Positions 11,396-23,733 of a stretch of 64,000 nucleotides of DNA are shown piece after piece. The DNA lies in assembly GCF_001194135.2 (NCBI RefSeq), contig NC_068982.1, positions 66,865,200 to 66,929,199 on the forward strand, read 5' to 3'. The stretch comes from Octopus bimaculoides (Eukaryota). Positions within the stretch are counted from its first letter, which is position 1. Each line of letters opens with the position of its first letter. Made by a program: the position numbers and the translations under genes. Below the pieces are notes generated by a model. It had not been told where the DNA came from. It saw only the letters and a program-made list of their open reading frames with translations, and did no database searches.

Positions 11396-12025
11396 TATAT
11401 GATGCCAAATACATATGCTTCATGTGGTCACTTACATCGTACACAGCCTTAAAAGTGAAAAAGTGTACTTAAAAAAATAGTTTAGAAAAAGACAGGATGG
11501 TCATGGCTAGAATGCCTTTCATTTGAAGTTTGCTTATTCAGGAATGACTTGATAAATAAACAACAAAAAAATTATGAAAATTTGAATATTTCTGGTAGTC
11601 TGAATTTATGGGAAAATTCAAACACATCACTGCCTTTGCTACTGTTGTTCAACATCTGTTTTCCCACGGTGGCCTGGGTTGGACAGGTCATCACGGTCCA
11701 AATCAGCTTTTATTTGGACTATAGATTAAAAATAAATGAATAAGTCTGAATGTGCTTCAATTTCTATAGAATGACAGTAAAACACCATAAATTACAACAC
11801 AATTTCAAAATTGGGAATTATGAATCTTATTTTATAGAAATTGGAATAAAATTGATTTTTGTTGATTTATTAGGTAACAGCCTTTCCATAAGAGAATATT
11901 AATTTGTGTTGTTCATAGGACAAATGTACCCACATTTAAATATATGCAAGTATAAATGCACTGTACACATACCTTACACATATCACATACCCATACACAC
12001 AAACATATACATATGAGTATGTGTA

Positions 12026-12065
<40 letters not shown>

Positions 12066-13068
12066 TAAATACTAATTTCCGTGTGTGTTCCTGTGCATGT
12101 GAGAGAGTGCATTTGGCACTCTTGATATGTAGGCTGTACTAAAAGAATGTTGAAACTTTCCAGGTGCCAGCACAGGGAAAGGATGATCTATCATTCCTGT
12201 TTACCCAGACTCCAAATAGATAGTTCATTCTATACATACTTACACATACACACACAGTCATACATAAATGCATACACACATATATACATTTATACACACA
12301 CACACACACACACACATACACAGATGGATGGATGGATGGATGGACGTGCAAAAGCAGACAGTGGGGACCAACATAGCCCACAGGTTAGTTGGATTCTGTC
12401 AAACTGGCTAATGTATGCATGCATGGAACATGGACATTAAATGATGATGACGATGATATATAAATTATCAGCTAGTTGTTCATAAGTAATAAAAAGCACA
12501 CTCAAAATGTTTAATCGAGCAGTTATATATTGGTCAATATGTCTGAAGAGTCATCAATATTGTCTAGGTGTAATAGTCAGTGGAAAACCAATGCTAACAT
12601 TCTGATGAGTAATATGCCTGCTAAACAATACATGGATATATATATAATGATATGTAATTGTAAGATCCAAGGATCTAGGTGTAGGAAGTTAGTAAGCTTC
12701 AAGAAGTCTATAGTAGGTACAAAAAACAACTTTTAGGAACAATAATAGTTTATTGGTGTATAACTAGTGGAGTACATGTTGTTGAGTAATTATTACTTTC
12801 AAGGTTCTGCTAGCTAGGAAACATATGTAGCTTGGATTTTACCTGCTCTATTCCATCAATTTGGATTTATATATGTGTANNNNNNNNNNNNNNNNNNNNN
12901 NNNNNNNNNNNNNNNNNNNNNNNNNNNNNNNNNNNNNNNNNNNNNNNNNNNNNNNNNNNNNNNNNNNNNNNNNNNNNNNNNNNNNNNNNNNNNNNNNNNN
13001 NNNNNNNNNNNNNNNNNNNNNNNNNNNNNNNNNNNNNNNNNNNNNATATATATATATATATATATAAA

Positions 13069-13850
13069 CAGGGTGGGTGGAAAGTAACTACGCATTACAA
13101 ATTGCTTATAGAATTTTTGGTATCACTGAAGTCATGACAAAAATCATTTTCTAAACAGACAATACTAATGGAGATTTCTTATTTTCCAGATGACTGGTCA
13201 CTGGACTGTTCAGAAGTGAGCTAAGATAGCAGCCCACTATGAAGTGTGGAATTCCACTGTTTTGGCATGTATGGAAAGGTAAGCATGCAACACTAAGTCC
13301 AGAGACAATAAGAAGTTGTCATGCAAGCTGATGACTATGGGCTCTGTGAACAATGCAAGAAGAACTGGTTGTCCAACCACATCCTGATTAGTGGAGAATG
13401 TGGCAATAGTGCAGGAAATGTTTAACTACAGCCTGCAAAAATCAACACGTCAAGCAGTTTGTGAAAGGGGACTAGCAAGACACACAATATGTATGGTGTT
13501 GCATAAAGAATTGAATTTTCGTCCATGTGATAAGGATCTGAACATGATGATTGAGAAGATGCAAGCTTGACCAAAAGTGACAATATGGTGTGGAATAACG
13601 CTAACAAGAGTCATAGGTCCATATCTTCTGCATGACATCACGACTATAGACCACTATCTATTATGTGTGGCTCATGGTGTCTGGTTGGGATAACATTGGT
13701 GGCCTAATATTCATGTAGGATGGTGCACTACTCCATTTTGCTCTTACTGTGTGTGCATGGTGAGACCAACATTTTCCAGGACGTTGGATGGGACAATGTG
13801 GACCTCATGAATGGCCTCCAAAAAGTCCAAATCTCACTCCATGTAATTTT
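13069..13850 (+). mobile_element. Tc1/mariner-superfamily DD41D (rosa/VS-type) transposon remnant
   Basis: Left end CAGGGTGGGTGGAAAG; N-terminal HTH-like AKIAAHYEVWNS..STRQA; DGALLH (13719) to SPNLTPCNF (13845) with 41 codons between; stops and an internal deletion. Confidence 0.8.
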
Positions 13851-14642
13851 TAACTGTGTGCGTATTTGTGTATCTGTACACAAAGTCACACCCGACGTTG
13901 TCCGGGTGTGACTTAGTACGCCAGCTACAATAAGTCTTGCTAGGTGAAAATCAACTAAAGAAGAAAGCCTTACAACGAAAAAACCCTTATGATGTAAATA
14001 TGTTCATAATTCAAAAGACGAGGAAATTAATAAGGAAAGTCTGAAGGCTGTTTTGCGTAACATTATTAAGCGTACGTAAATTTCATCCGTCTAATTGGCT
14101 GTACAAATGCTTGTGCAAAACAACTTTTTGCGCTGCCTTGATTATACATAGCAGGGTAATCCCTTTTCGCAGGAGCTAGGATGGCAATTTCTGATGAAGC
14201 AATTGCTGGCGATCTGTGGCTACACAGTTCTGCCAGAATTTTATCAGATTGGGANNNNNNNNNNNNNNNNNNNNNNNNNNNNNNNNNNNNNNNNNNNNNN
14301 NNNNNNNNNNNNNNNNNNNNNNNNNNNNNNNNNNNNNNNNNNNNNNNNNNNNNNNNNNNNNNNNNNNNNNNNNNNNNNNNNNNNNNNNNNNNNNNNNNNN
14401 NNNNNNNNNNNNNNNNNNNNNNNNNNNNNNNNNNNNNNNNNNNNNNNNNNNNNNNNNNNNNNNNNNNNNNNNNNNNNNNNNNNNNNNNNNNNNNNNNNNN
14501 NNNNNNNNNNNNNNNNNNNNNNNNNNNNNNNNNNNNNNNNNNNNNNNNNNNNNNNNNNNNNNNNNNNNNNNNNNNNNNNNNNNNNNNNNNNNNNNNNNNN
14601 NNNNNNNNNNNNNNNNNNNNNNNNNNNNAGTTTTCACATTTC

Positions 14643-14805
14643 GGTAATTTTTCAGATTAACACCCACATGATTACCTAACCCTAACACTAAACCCTAACC
14701 CTAACCCTAAAACTGTAACACTAACCCTAACCTAAGCTCTAACTGTAACCCTAAAACCCTAAAACCCTAGTGAAAATCGTGCGGGTGTTAATCTGAAAAA
14801 TTACC
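14643..14805. mobile_element. MITE-like unit: 31-bp inverted repeats around a telomere-like (CCCTAA)n tract
   Basis: 14643-14673 vs 14775-14805 are 29/31 reverse-complementary; about 100 bp of degenerate CTAACC between. Confidence 0.75.
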
Positions 14806-15975
14806 CACATTTCTAATGAAGTTCACTGATTTGCAATGTGTTGACCTGTCTACATAAGCTCCGTAGTTTGTATATTTACAAAACATTGACGAACATGAGT
14901 TATATTGTAGTGAATGCTTGTGTGTACATGCGCGTGTATGTGTTTGAGAGAGCGAGAGAGAAGAGGGAGAGAGGAGGAGAAAGGAATAGAGAATGGGAGC
15001 AATGAAGAGAGAGAAAGAGAGGAAGGGAAAATGGAAGACAGTTATAAAATAGCAATGCATGCACGTGTTTATATAAGAAACACACACAAAGTAAATCTTA
15101 TATCTATAATGTTGATGTGTGTATGTGTTTATGTGTATGTTGTTGTCACAGATAATGTATGTGTGGTTGTGTGTGTTTTTACGTTTCTATGTTATGAAAA
15201 ATGGGTAAAAAAATACTAAGAGGAGACAAGGACGCTGAACATGCAGACAGACAATGGTCGAAGCAAAGAAATGGCGATAAGCCCCAGATGACCAGGTCAC
15301 GTGGATAGTTAGAGGTAGAGGGATAGAAGAAAGCTATTTAAATGGGAGAGAGGAAGAAGAACGAAATAAGAGTGAAAAGGTAGATAGAAGGAAAGAATAG
15401 TCTTAAACCAAGTTAATCTATGACTTTGTATGTATCACTTTCTCTCTCTCTCTCTCCCTCTTTTACTCTTACTCTCTATATTATATGTTGAGCGCGTGAT
15501 TGATGTGTAAGAACGCCGGTACAGGTAGAATGGAAGAAATATAAAAGTTGCTAGAAACAGCCAAATTTCNNNNNNNNNNNNNNNNNNNNNNNNNNNNNNN
15601 NNNNNNNNNNNNNNNNNNNNNNNNNNNNNNNNNNNNNNNNNNNNNNNNNNNNNNNNNNNNNNNNNNNNNNNNNNNNNNNNNNNNNNNNNNNNNNNNNNNN
15701 NNNNNNNNNNNNNNNNNNNNNNNNNNNNNNNNNNNNNNNNNNNNNNNNNNNNNNNNNNNNNNNNNNNNNNNNNNNNNNNNNNNNNNNNNNNNNNNNNNNN
15801 NNNNNNNNNNNNNNNNNNNNNNNNNNNNNNNNNNNNNNNNNNNNNNNNNNNNNNNNNNNNNNNNNNNNNNNNNNNNNNNNNNNNNNNNNNNNNNNNNNNN
15901 NNNNNNNNNNNNNNNAAGAGAGGAGGAGAGGGGGATGGGAGGGAGGGAGGGGAAGGAGAGGGAAGGGAGAGGTGA

Positions 15976-16012
<37 letters not shown>

Positions 16013-16154
16013 GTTCACATTGCAGAATCTATTCAAGAACATCAAAAGAGATTTGACAAAGAGAAGTGTGATAAAATCACACATAGTCCTAATGGTAGGT
16101 GTACAGCAATAGAGCTAACCCATACCTTACAGGCATTCACTTGTATCCTGGGAA

Positions 16155-16365
16155 ATTACCCAGGTTCTAATGCATCAAAGGATTTAACACTAACTTCTAT
16201 AGTCTGTAGTGAATTGACAACAAATTGTGTATTAAAGATGCAAGTGGTATCTTGTCAGCAAGATTACCCAGGTTCTAATGCATCAAAGGATTTAACACTA
16301 ACTTCTATAGTCTGTAGTGAATTGACAACAAATTGTGTATTAATGATGCAAGTGGTATCTTGTCA
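16155..16365. repeat. 108-bp tandem duplication
   Basis: ATTACCCAGGTTCTAATG.. starts at 16155 and 16263; one mismatch over ~100 bp. Confidence 0.9.
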
Positions 16366-16384
16366 TGGCTCACATATAGTGAAA

Positions 16385-17095
16385 TAAGCAATAGTGTTGG
16401 TGATGGTGATAGTTTTTTGTGTGGATTAGGTATTGGTGCTGGCGGGGGTCATGCTTCTAGTAGTGATGTTTGAAGTAGTGATTTGAGTTTGGAATGTGGT
16501 GATGGATGGGATTTTGTACAGGTTGTGATGGTGGTTGTGCATCTGAAATCTGGTGGTGACAGTGGCTGCCACTGTAGTGGTATTATTAGAAGAGGTAGTG
16601 GTGATAGTGATCTTGTAGATATAGTTGTTGTAGTAATGTCCATAGTAAAGGTGTTAGCAATTTGGTGGCTGCAATGGTGTAGTGATATTGATTTCAGTGG
16701 TGAGGGTGGTGGTGGTGGTGATGATGATGATGATGATGATAATGGTGGTGATAGTGGTGGTGATGATGATAATGGTGGTGATAGTGGTGGTGATGATGAT
16801 AATGGTGGTGATAGTGGTGGTGGTGATGATGATAATGGTGGTGGTGGTGATGATAATGGTGGTGGTGGTGGAAATGATGATAATGGTGGTAGTGGTAATA
16901 ATTATGATAATGGTAGTGATGATGATGATGATGATGGTGGAGGTGATAGTGGTGGTGCCGGTGGTGACGATGATGATTTGGTAGGTGTAGTGATGGTGGA
17001 GGTATTTATGTAGACTGGTGTTGGTTGGTAGTACAGTAATCACAGTGATGATTTGGTGTTGGTAGTGGTAGTAGTGGTAGAGAAGGTGATTAGAT
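16385..17095. repeat. (GGT/GAT)n trinucleotide-rich low-complexity tract with a 30-bp sub-repeat
   Basis: GGTGATGATGATAATGGTGGTGATAGTGGT about 3 times at ~16750-16830. Confidence 0.85.
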
Positions 17096-17360
17096 ATTAG
17101 CAGAATGTATACGATCTTCAGGTTATACATCTAAGACAAGTGAGCTTAGCAGACCCTATTCCTTGTCAAGCTATCTCAGCTGGTGGTACTGAACTCAATA
17201 GTGTACACTAATGAAAATCTATAACTTAATTATGCTAGAAACACTGAAATACCTAACAGCAAGTCATATGAGTGCTAACATGGCCTAATAGAAATGTTTT
17301 AATTAGGTAAATGACATACTTATGAATGGATCTGGTAGCTGGAAAGTGAAAGAGGCCAGT

Positions 17361-17404
<44 letters not shown>

Positions 17405-17489
17405 CGCACATATTTTTCACTGCGTTCACCAATGTCTCCATCTCTAACAATGCGACTGTCCTGTCATACTCTCACAAACTTATCTTCAC

Positions 17490-17828
17490 CACCCAACAGC
17501 ATGGCACCTTGGGCAAGTGTCTTCTACTATAACCTTGGGTCAACCAAAGCCTTGTGAGTAAGTTTGAAATACAGAATTTGAAAGAAGCCTGCTATATATA
17601 TATATATATATATATATAAGTGTGTTTGTGTTAGCTCCCAACCATTGCTTGACAACTAGCGTTGGTGTGTTTACATCCCCATAGCTTATAAGCAAAAGCG
17701 AGTGATACAATAAGTACCAGGCTTAAAAAAATAAGTACTGGGGTCAATTCATTTGACTAAAATTCTTCAAGGTGGTGCCCCAGCATGGCTGCAGTCTAAT
17801 GACTGAAGCAAGCAAAAGATAAAAGACG
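17490..17828 (+). mobile_element. SINE family A (5'-eroded)
   Basis: GGCACCTTGGGCAAGTGTC.. (TA)n ..GCAGTCTAATGACTGAAGC. Confidence 0.8.
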
Positions 17829-19140
17829 AACACCCTATATACGTGTGTGTGTGTTTGTGTGTGTATGTGCACGTGCGCATGTACATATGCATTTTTCACT
17901 GCATTCACATCTGTCCCCATCTCTAACTATGCCACTATCCTGTCACACTCTCACAAATTGAACTTCCCCACCCCAAATTCCTGATCCTTTGGCCTCCCCA
18001 TTCTCTCTTCTATTCACCTCCTTGTACTTTGAGTACACTTATGAATGGATCTGGTAGCTGGAAAGTGAAAGAGGCCCGTCATGTGTGTGTGTGTGTGTGC
18101 GTATATGCACACATATTCTTCTCCCTTGTTATCTGGGGTTGCCATGTATCTCCTCCATCCTCCAAAATAAGACACCTGTTCCTAGCTGCCTTCATACTTT
18201 AGCCTCTCAAGACCTGGCACAAAGTCACTTCTTTCAACAATAGACTGTCACTTAGTCAAAGGATCTTATTTTGTGAGTTACGTAGCTACCCCACTAGTGT
18301 TGGTGCCACAGAAAAAAAAAAACGCAACCAATGCACTCTATGAAGTGGTTAGTTTTAGGAAGGACATCTAGCTATAGAAACCTTGCCAGAAGTGGAAATT
18401 GTTGTTTAAAGCAGGCCTCTAGCTTCTTGGATCTTGTCAAACCATCCAACAAATGCCAGCATGAAATGGAGATGTCAAATGATGATCATGTGTGTGTGTG
18501 TGTGCGCATGTGTGTTTGTGTGTGTTTGTGTGTGTGTGCGAGAAAGAGAGAGAGAATGCAAATGATAGTGAGAGAGAGAATGAGGAAAAGTATGTGTATG
18601 TATGTGTGAGAGCACGCACATGAAAGAGAAAGAGAAAATGTGTATATGTATGTGTGTGTGTGTGTATGCATGTGAAAGAGAGAGAGAGAAAATGAGGAAA
18701 AGTATATGTAGGTGTTTGTGTGTGAGTATGTGTGAGCGTGTGCATGTTTGTGAGAGAGAGAATGAGACGGTTAGAGAGAGGGAGAGAGGAAATGAGAGAC
18801 AGTTAGAGAGAGAGAATGAAGAAAAGTGTGTGTATGTGCGAGTGAGAGAGAGAAAGAGTGTGTGTTTGTGTCTCTTTGTCTCGATATTGAAGAATAGTTG
18901 CAAACAAGCACCACTGACACAAGAAATTTTGTTTGCTTCCCATCTTTCATGGAAACATGCCTGGCTATGGATGTCACATATTACTTTGCTTGGAGACAGG
19001 TGCAGGCCGAAGACAGAAAAGGCATTTGGCCAAAGAAAAAACAACTCTGCCTCAATGAATTCTGCCTGACCCATGCAGGTAAGGAAAAATGGATGTTAAA
19101 ACGATGATGATGATGATGATGATAATGATTATATGGGTAT

Positions 19141-19331
19141 GCACATACAGGTGTGGCTGTGTGGTAAGAAGCTTGCTTCCCAACCACATGGTTCTGGGTT
19201 CAGTCTCACTGCATAACATCTTGGGCAAGTGTCTTCTCCTATAGCCTCGAGCCAACCAGAGCTTTGTGAGTTGATTTGTGGATTTGGTAGATGGAAACTG
19301 AAAGAAACCTGTCACGTGTGTGTGTGTGTCT

Positions 19332-19363
<32 letters not shown>

Positions 19364-19370
19364 CTGTGTA

Positions 19371-19414
<44 letters not shown>

Positions 19415-19630
19415 TTTGTGCTTGTGTTTGTCCCCCACAACTGCTTGACAATTGGTGTTGGTGTGTTTACATCTCCATGGCTTAACAGTTCAGCGAAAGG
19501 GCCAATAAAATAGGTACTAGACTTTTATAAAAGAAACAAGTGTTGTAGTCAATTTGTTTGACTAAAACCCTTCAAGGTAGTGCCCCAGCATGGCCACAGT
19601 TAAATGACTGAAACAAATAAAAGATATAAG
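19141..19630 (+). mobile_element. SINE family A with a long (TG)n centre
   Basis: Full left and right arms. Confidence 0.88.
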
Positions 19631-19922
19631 ATATGTATGCAGACACAACTATTACTGAAAATGACTAAGATTTAAACAAATACATGCACAAATTTATATA
19701 GGAATATACAAGAAAACATTAGAAAGTTGATGTGTAAAATTACGCATTCAATGTAGGAAAATAGATGTATTCATGTTACTGTAGGTAATAAAACCGTCTT
19801 CAACAGTGAAGAGTCAAACAAAATATGTCAGCTACAACCAAATAATAGTCTGTCTTTATATGTACAACCTTTCACATCAAATGGTCATCTGAAAGGTGAC
19901 CTTGAACAAACGCCAGTGCAGA

Positions 19923-19940
19923 CTAATGACTAGTATGTCT
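19923..19940 (-). CDS. Possible terminal coding exon (RHTSH*) of the minus-strand host gene
   Basis: Acceptor CTAATGTTTCTTGTTTCAG with a branch-like CTAAT; phase 0 matches the phase-0 end of 22850-22950; AU-rich UTR-like sequence follows. Confidence 0.3.
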   Translation of the reverse strand, partial: RHTSH

Positions 19941-21698
19941 CTGAAACAAGAAACATTAGGAGGAGTCGAAGACAGATTTTAATAAGTTTTAATAATGATT
20001 TAGGATACATCTGAAATGTGTACATATTGATACATGTGTCTCTAATGTCTTTGGGGAAAGACATAAATGCAATGATGATGATAATGATGATGATGACAGT
20101 GATGGTGACGATGATGATACAGGTTGTTTGTCTGCAAATATACATGTGTTGTGTATATCTGTGTGAGTGTGCATGTGTGTGCAATTTCATGAACATAAAC
20201 AACACACACATATTTACATGCATATGTGTATTTGTGTATGCCTGTGCAATCATACACAAACACACATATAGAAGAATGCATTTGTGAAATCACATGCACA
20301 CAAACACACATACATGCACACATACATACATACATACATACATACTCAAACATACACACACACAAAAACACATGCCAAATCTTTCAATTATTCATTTATG
20401 TTAATAAGACTAGAAAAGCCCTATTCATCAGTGAGTTTCATCAAGCACACCGTAACACATGACAAATATGTTGTATAAATTTTCAGACTTGATTTCGTAA
20501 TTTGAATACATCCTCTGCTCTTAGTCTTTGAGATGCACTGGATTATCTCATTCCATTTTGAATTCCAATTGTGTTAGATAAAATTTTATAACAGCGAGTG
20601 ACATAGAAAAAAAAACACTTGAACAGCATGAATTCACATTTTTAATTCAATTCAACATCCAGCACTTGAATGATGATCACAATGATGTGGATGACAACCA
20701 TCATCATCATCGCCACCACTGGTTTATTGTCCATTTTTTCCATGTGCGCATAGATTCACACAGAATTTATTGAGACAGATTTTCTATAGCTGGATGCCCT
20801 TCCTGCCACTAACCCTTACATGCTTCCAAGCAATGTAATAGCTCTCCCATGGCTGGATATGCTTTCAAAGAATACTGGAAATGACTGACACTGCTTGTAT
20901 GACAATGATACTCATTTAAAACTATTTTGCAATATCAAGACAAAACACTTGGTTGGTAGAGTTAAAATGGCACTTTTGACTTATTGAAATATTCAAAATG
21001 TTTAATTCTTACACATATTCACCTGATGAAAACAGTTTTTTTTTTCACATGATGTAATATTTATATTCACCAAAAAAAAAACACATCTGAAACAGCTGTA
21101 GTGAACCACAATCCATCTGTTGTTGTTTATATATTCTTTTATTCTTTTCTTTTACTTATTTCAGTCATTTCACTGCAGCCATGCTGGAGCACCGCCTTTA
21201 GTCGTGAAGCACCGTCTTTAGTCGTGGAGCACCGCCTTTAGTCGTGGAGCACTGCCTTAACAACATGGACAGGGTGTTTATTTCATGCTACCTGCATTAT
21301 TGAGGTCACTATGCAAGTTCGCAGGATCATGAGCCCTGATGGGAGGTGGGAGGAGTGTCAGTATCTTGCTAGGGGATGAGGGGACTATGGTGAGATGGCA
21401 AATGGGTGCAGAACACTCATATCTTGCAGGGAAAAGGGGAGAGAGGAATAGCAAAAGATCAATAGGAACTGTAAGAAATAAATAATAGTAATGAGGTGCT
21501 TGGGTGCCTCCACACTGTACAAACTAAGTAGAAGTGGGTGGATGGGTGGGTTGCATTTTAGGGGGAGCTAGGAATGAAGAGGCAGAATGTTAAGATTAGA
21601 AGGGTTGAAGGGTGGGTGAAGCAAGAAACATGAGCTGAGAAAGATAGAGGGATGCAGAAGAAAGGATGGGGGAAGTGAATAGCAGGAGTAGTGTATAT

Positions 21699-21737
<39 letters not shown>

Positions 21738-22019
21738 CTTTTTTTACTCTTTTAGTTGTTTCAGTCATTTGACTGCAGCCATGCTGGAGCACCAGCTTTA
21801 GTCGAACAATTCGACCCCAGGACTTATTCTTTGTAAGCCTAGTACTTATTTTATTAGTCTCTTTTGCTGAACCACTAAGTTACGGGGACGTAAACACACC
21901 AACATCGGTTGTCAAGCAATGGTGGAGGAACAAACACAGGCACACAAATACACACACACGACAGGCTTCTTTCAGTTTCCATCTACCAAATCCACTCACA
22001 AGGCTTTGGTTGGCCTGAG
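21738..22019 (-). mobile_element. SINE family A (head lost in a 10-N gap)
   Basis: Right arm, (CA)n and left arm. Confidence 0.85.
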
Positions 22020-22029
22020 NNNNNNNNNN

Positions 22030-22070
<41 letters not shown>

Positions 22071-22110
22071 AATTTATACATACATGTACATACATACTTA
22101 TATATATGTA

Positions 22111-22442
22111 TGGCTCAGTTATTAGAGCATAGGGCTTACAATCAAGAAGTAGTAAGTTCGATCACTGGACTGGGCTGTGTTGTGTTCTCAAGCAAGACAC
22201 TTTTTTTCGCCTTGCTCCCGTTCACTCAGCTGTAGAAATGAGTTGTGACGTAAATGGTGCCAAGTTGTACTGGCCTTTGCCTTTCTCTTGCATAACATCG
22301 GTGGTGTGGAGAGAGGAGGCTGGTATGCATCGGTGACTGCTGGTCTTCCATAAACAATCTTGCCTGGACTTGTGCCTAGGAGGGGAACTCTATAGGTGCA
22401 ATTCCATGATCATTCATGACCGAAGGGGGTCTTTACCTTTTT
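22111..22442 (+). mobile_element. tRNA-derived SINE with a CORE-like central domain (family E, tail 1)
   Basis: TGGCTCAGTTATTAG (A box), AAGTTCGATC (B box), TGTTGTGTTCTCAAGCAAGACACTT..CACTCAGCTGTAGAAATG. Confidence 0.7.
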
Positions 22443-22849
22443 ACACACACACACAAACACAAACACACATACATACACACAAATGACAGGTTTCTTCCAG
22501 TTTCTGACAACTAAATCCACTCACAGCTTTGTTCAGCTAAGGGCTACAACAGAAGACATTTGGCTAGTATGCCATGCAGTAGGACTGAATCTGAAGCCAC
22601 CTGATTGGAATGCAAACTTCTTAACTATACACCCATCCCTGTGTCTTACATATTCCAGATTATTAAAAAACAAAAACAAAACAAAAGAAAAAGAAAAAAA
22701 AACAGAAAAAGTAAAATAAAATAAAATTAAAATTAAAATAAAATAAAATAAAAATTAAAATAAAAAGGAACTAAGAAAGCAAAGATATTTTTAAAAGTTG
22801 CAGAGAAAATTAATAAATAAACAAACAAATAAATAAATGCATGAAGTAC

Positions 22850-22950
22850 CTGCAATGTACTTTGACTGGAGGCCGAAGTCACCAGTTGTTCATGTGATGA
22901 ACCTGAATCTTCACTGTCCAAAGATTGTTTACTTCCAACAGAACTGGAAT
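22850..22950 (-). CDS. Internal coding exon, Ser-rich: (D)SSSVGSKQSLDSEDSGSSHEQLVTSASSQSTLQ; protein not recognised
   Basis: Acceptor TATTTTCTTCCATTTCACAG, donor CAG|GTACTT, 101 nt open (phase 1 to 0), non-repetitive and more GC-rich than its flanks. Confidence 0.6.
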
Positions 22951-23061
22951 CTGTGAAATGGAAGAAAATAGTCGACTCATTTCATGAAGCTATATTGTTC
23001 AAGTTCTAGACTACCGACAAAATAACTGCAATGAGTTCAAATATTGGTCACTGACACTGCA

Positions 23062-23733
23062 TTACCCCTTTTCGTACCAACCCCCACCTGAAACTGCCCT
23101 TGGTTCTGTGATACAAATTTCCTGTTTTAGAAAGATCTAAATTAAAACCTTCCACCAAAAATCTCATATATTTGAAGCACTAGCTTAATAAAGATATTTA
23201 TTTTACTAAATTATCCATGATTTCTTGAAAAGTAATTGAAACAAAAGCAGTGTCAGTATTGTGGTTTTAGCATCCACTTTTCCATGCTTGATAAAATTTG
23301 GTCAGATGGAATTTGCCGAGGCAGATTTTTTTTATGGCTGGATGTCTTTTGTGTCACCAACCCTCACCTGTCACCAAGCAGGGCAATAGTTCTCCTTGGC
23401 TAGACATACATTTCATGGAAGGTGAAAATGAACAAAGTTGCTTTTACAGCAGTCATGCTTGTTTACATCCATCATGTGATGTCAAACATGGGTATGCACA
23501 CACACACGCATGTACACACATATATACATAATATAAAATGGGATTTTCTTCAGTTTCTGTCAATCAAATCCACTCACAAAGCTTTGGTCAACCCAGGGCT
23601 ACAGTAGAAGACATTTGCTCCAGATACCATGCAGTGGGAGTGAACCTGAAACCAAACAGGAAGCAGACTTCTGAACTACAAAGCCATGCTTGTGCTTGTT
23701 ATGCCGACAAAAATATGGTCACAAAAGGGTTAA
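23062..23733 (-). mobile_element. MITE family H split by a ~447-bp nested insertion (23254-23700)
   Basis: Homology to the 3768 copy stops at 23253 and resumes at 23701 (23/31), ending AAAAGGGTTAA. Confidence 0.65.

Noticed and set aside
16483-17013. 176-aa Gly/Asp-rich ORF resembling a biomineralisation or structural protein
   Set aside because: All frames are low-complexity products of (GGT/GAT)n; no signal peptide or splice support
19757-19933. Plus-strand 58-codon open frame (..NKTVFNSEESNKICQLQP..)
   Set aside because: No start codon or recognisable domain; a frame of this length is plausible by chance and overlaps the better minus-strand acceptor
21186-21258. Short direct repeats resembling a CRISPR array
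   Set aside because: No spacers, eukaryotic context, derived from a SINE arm
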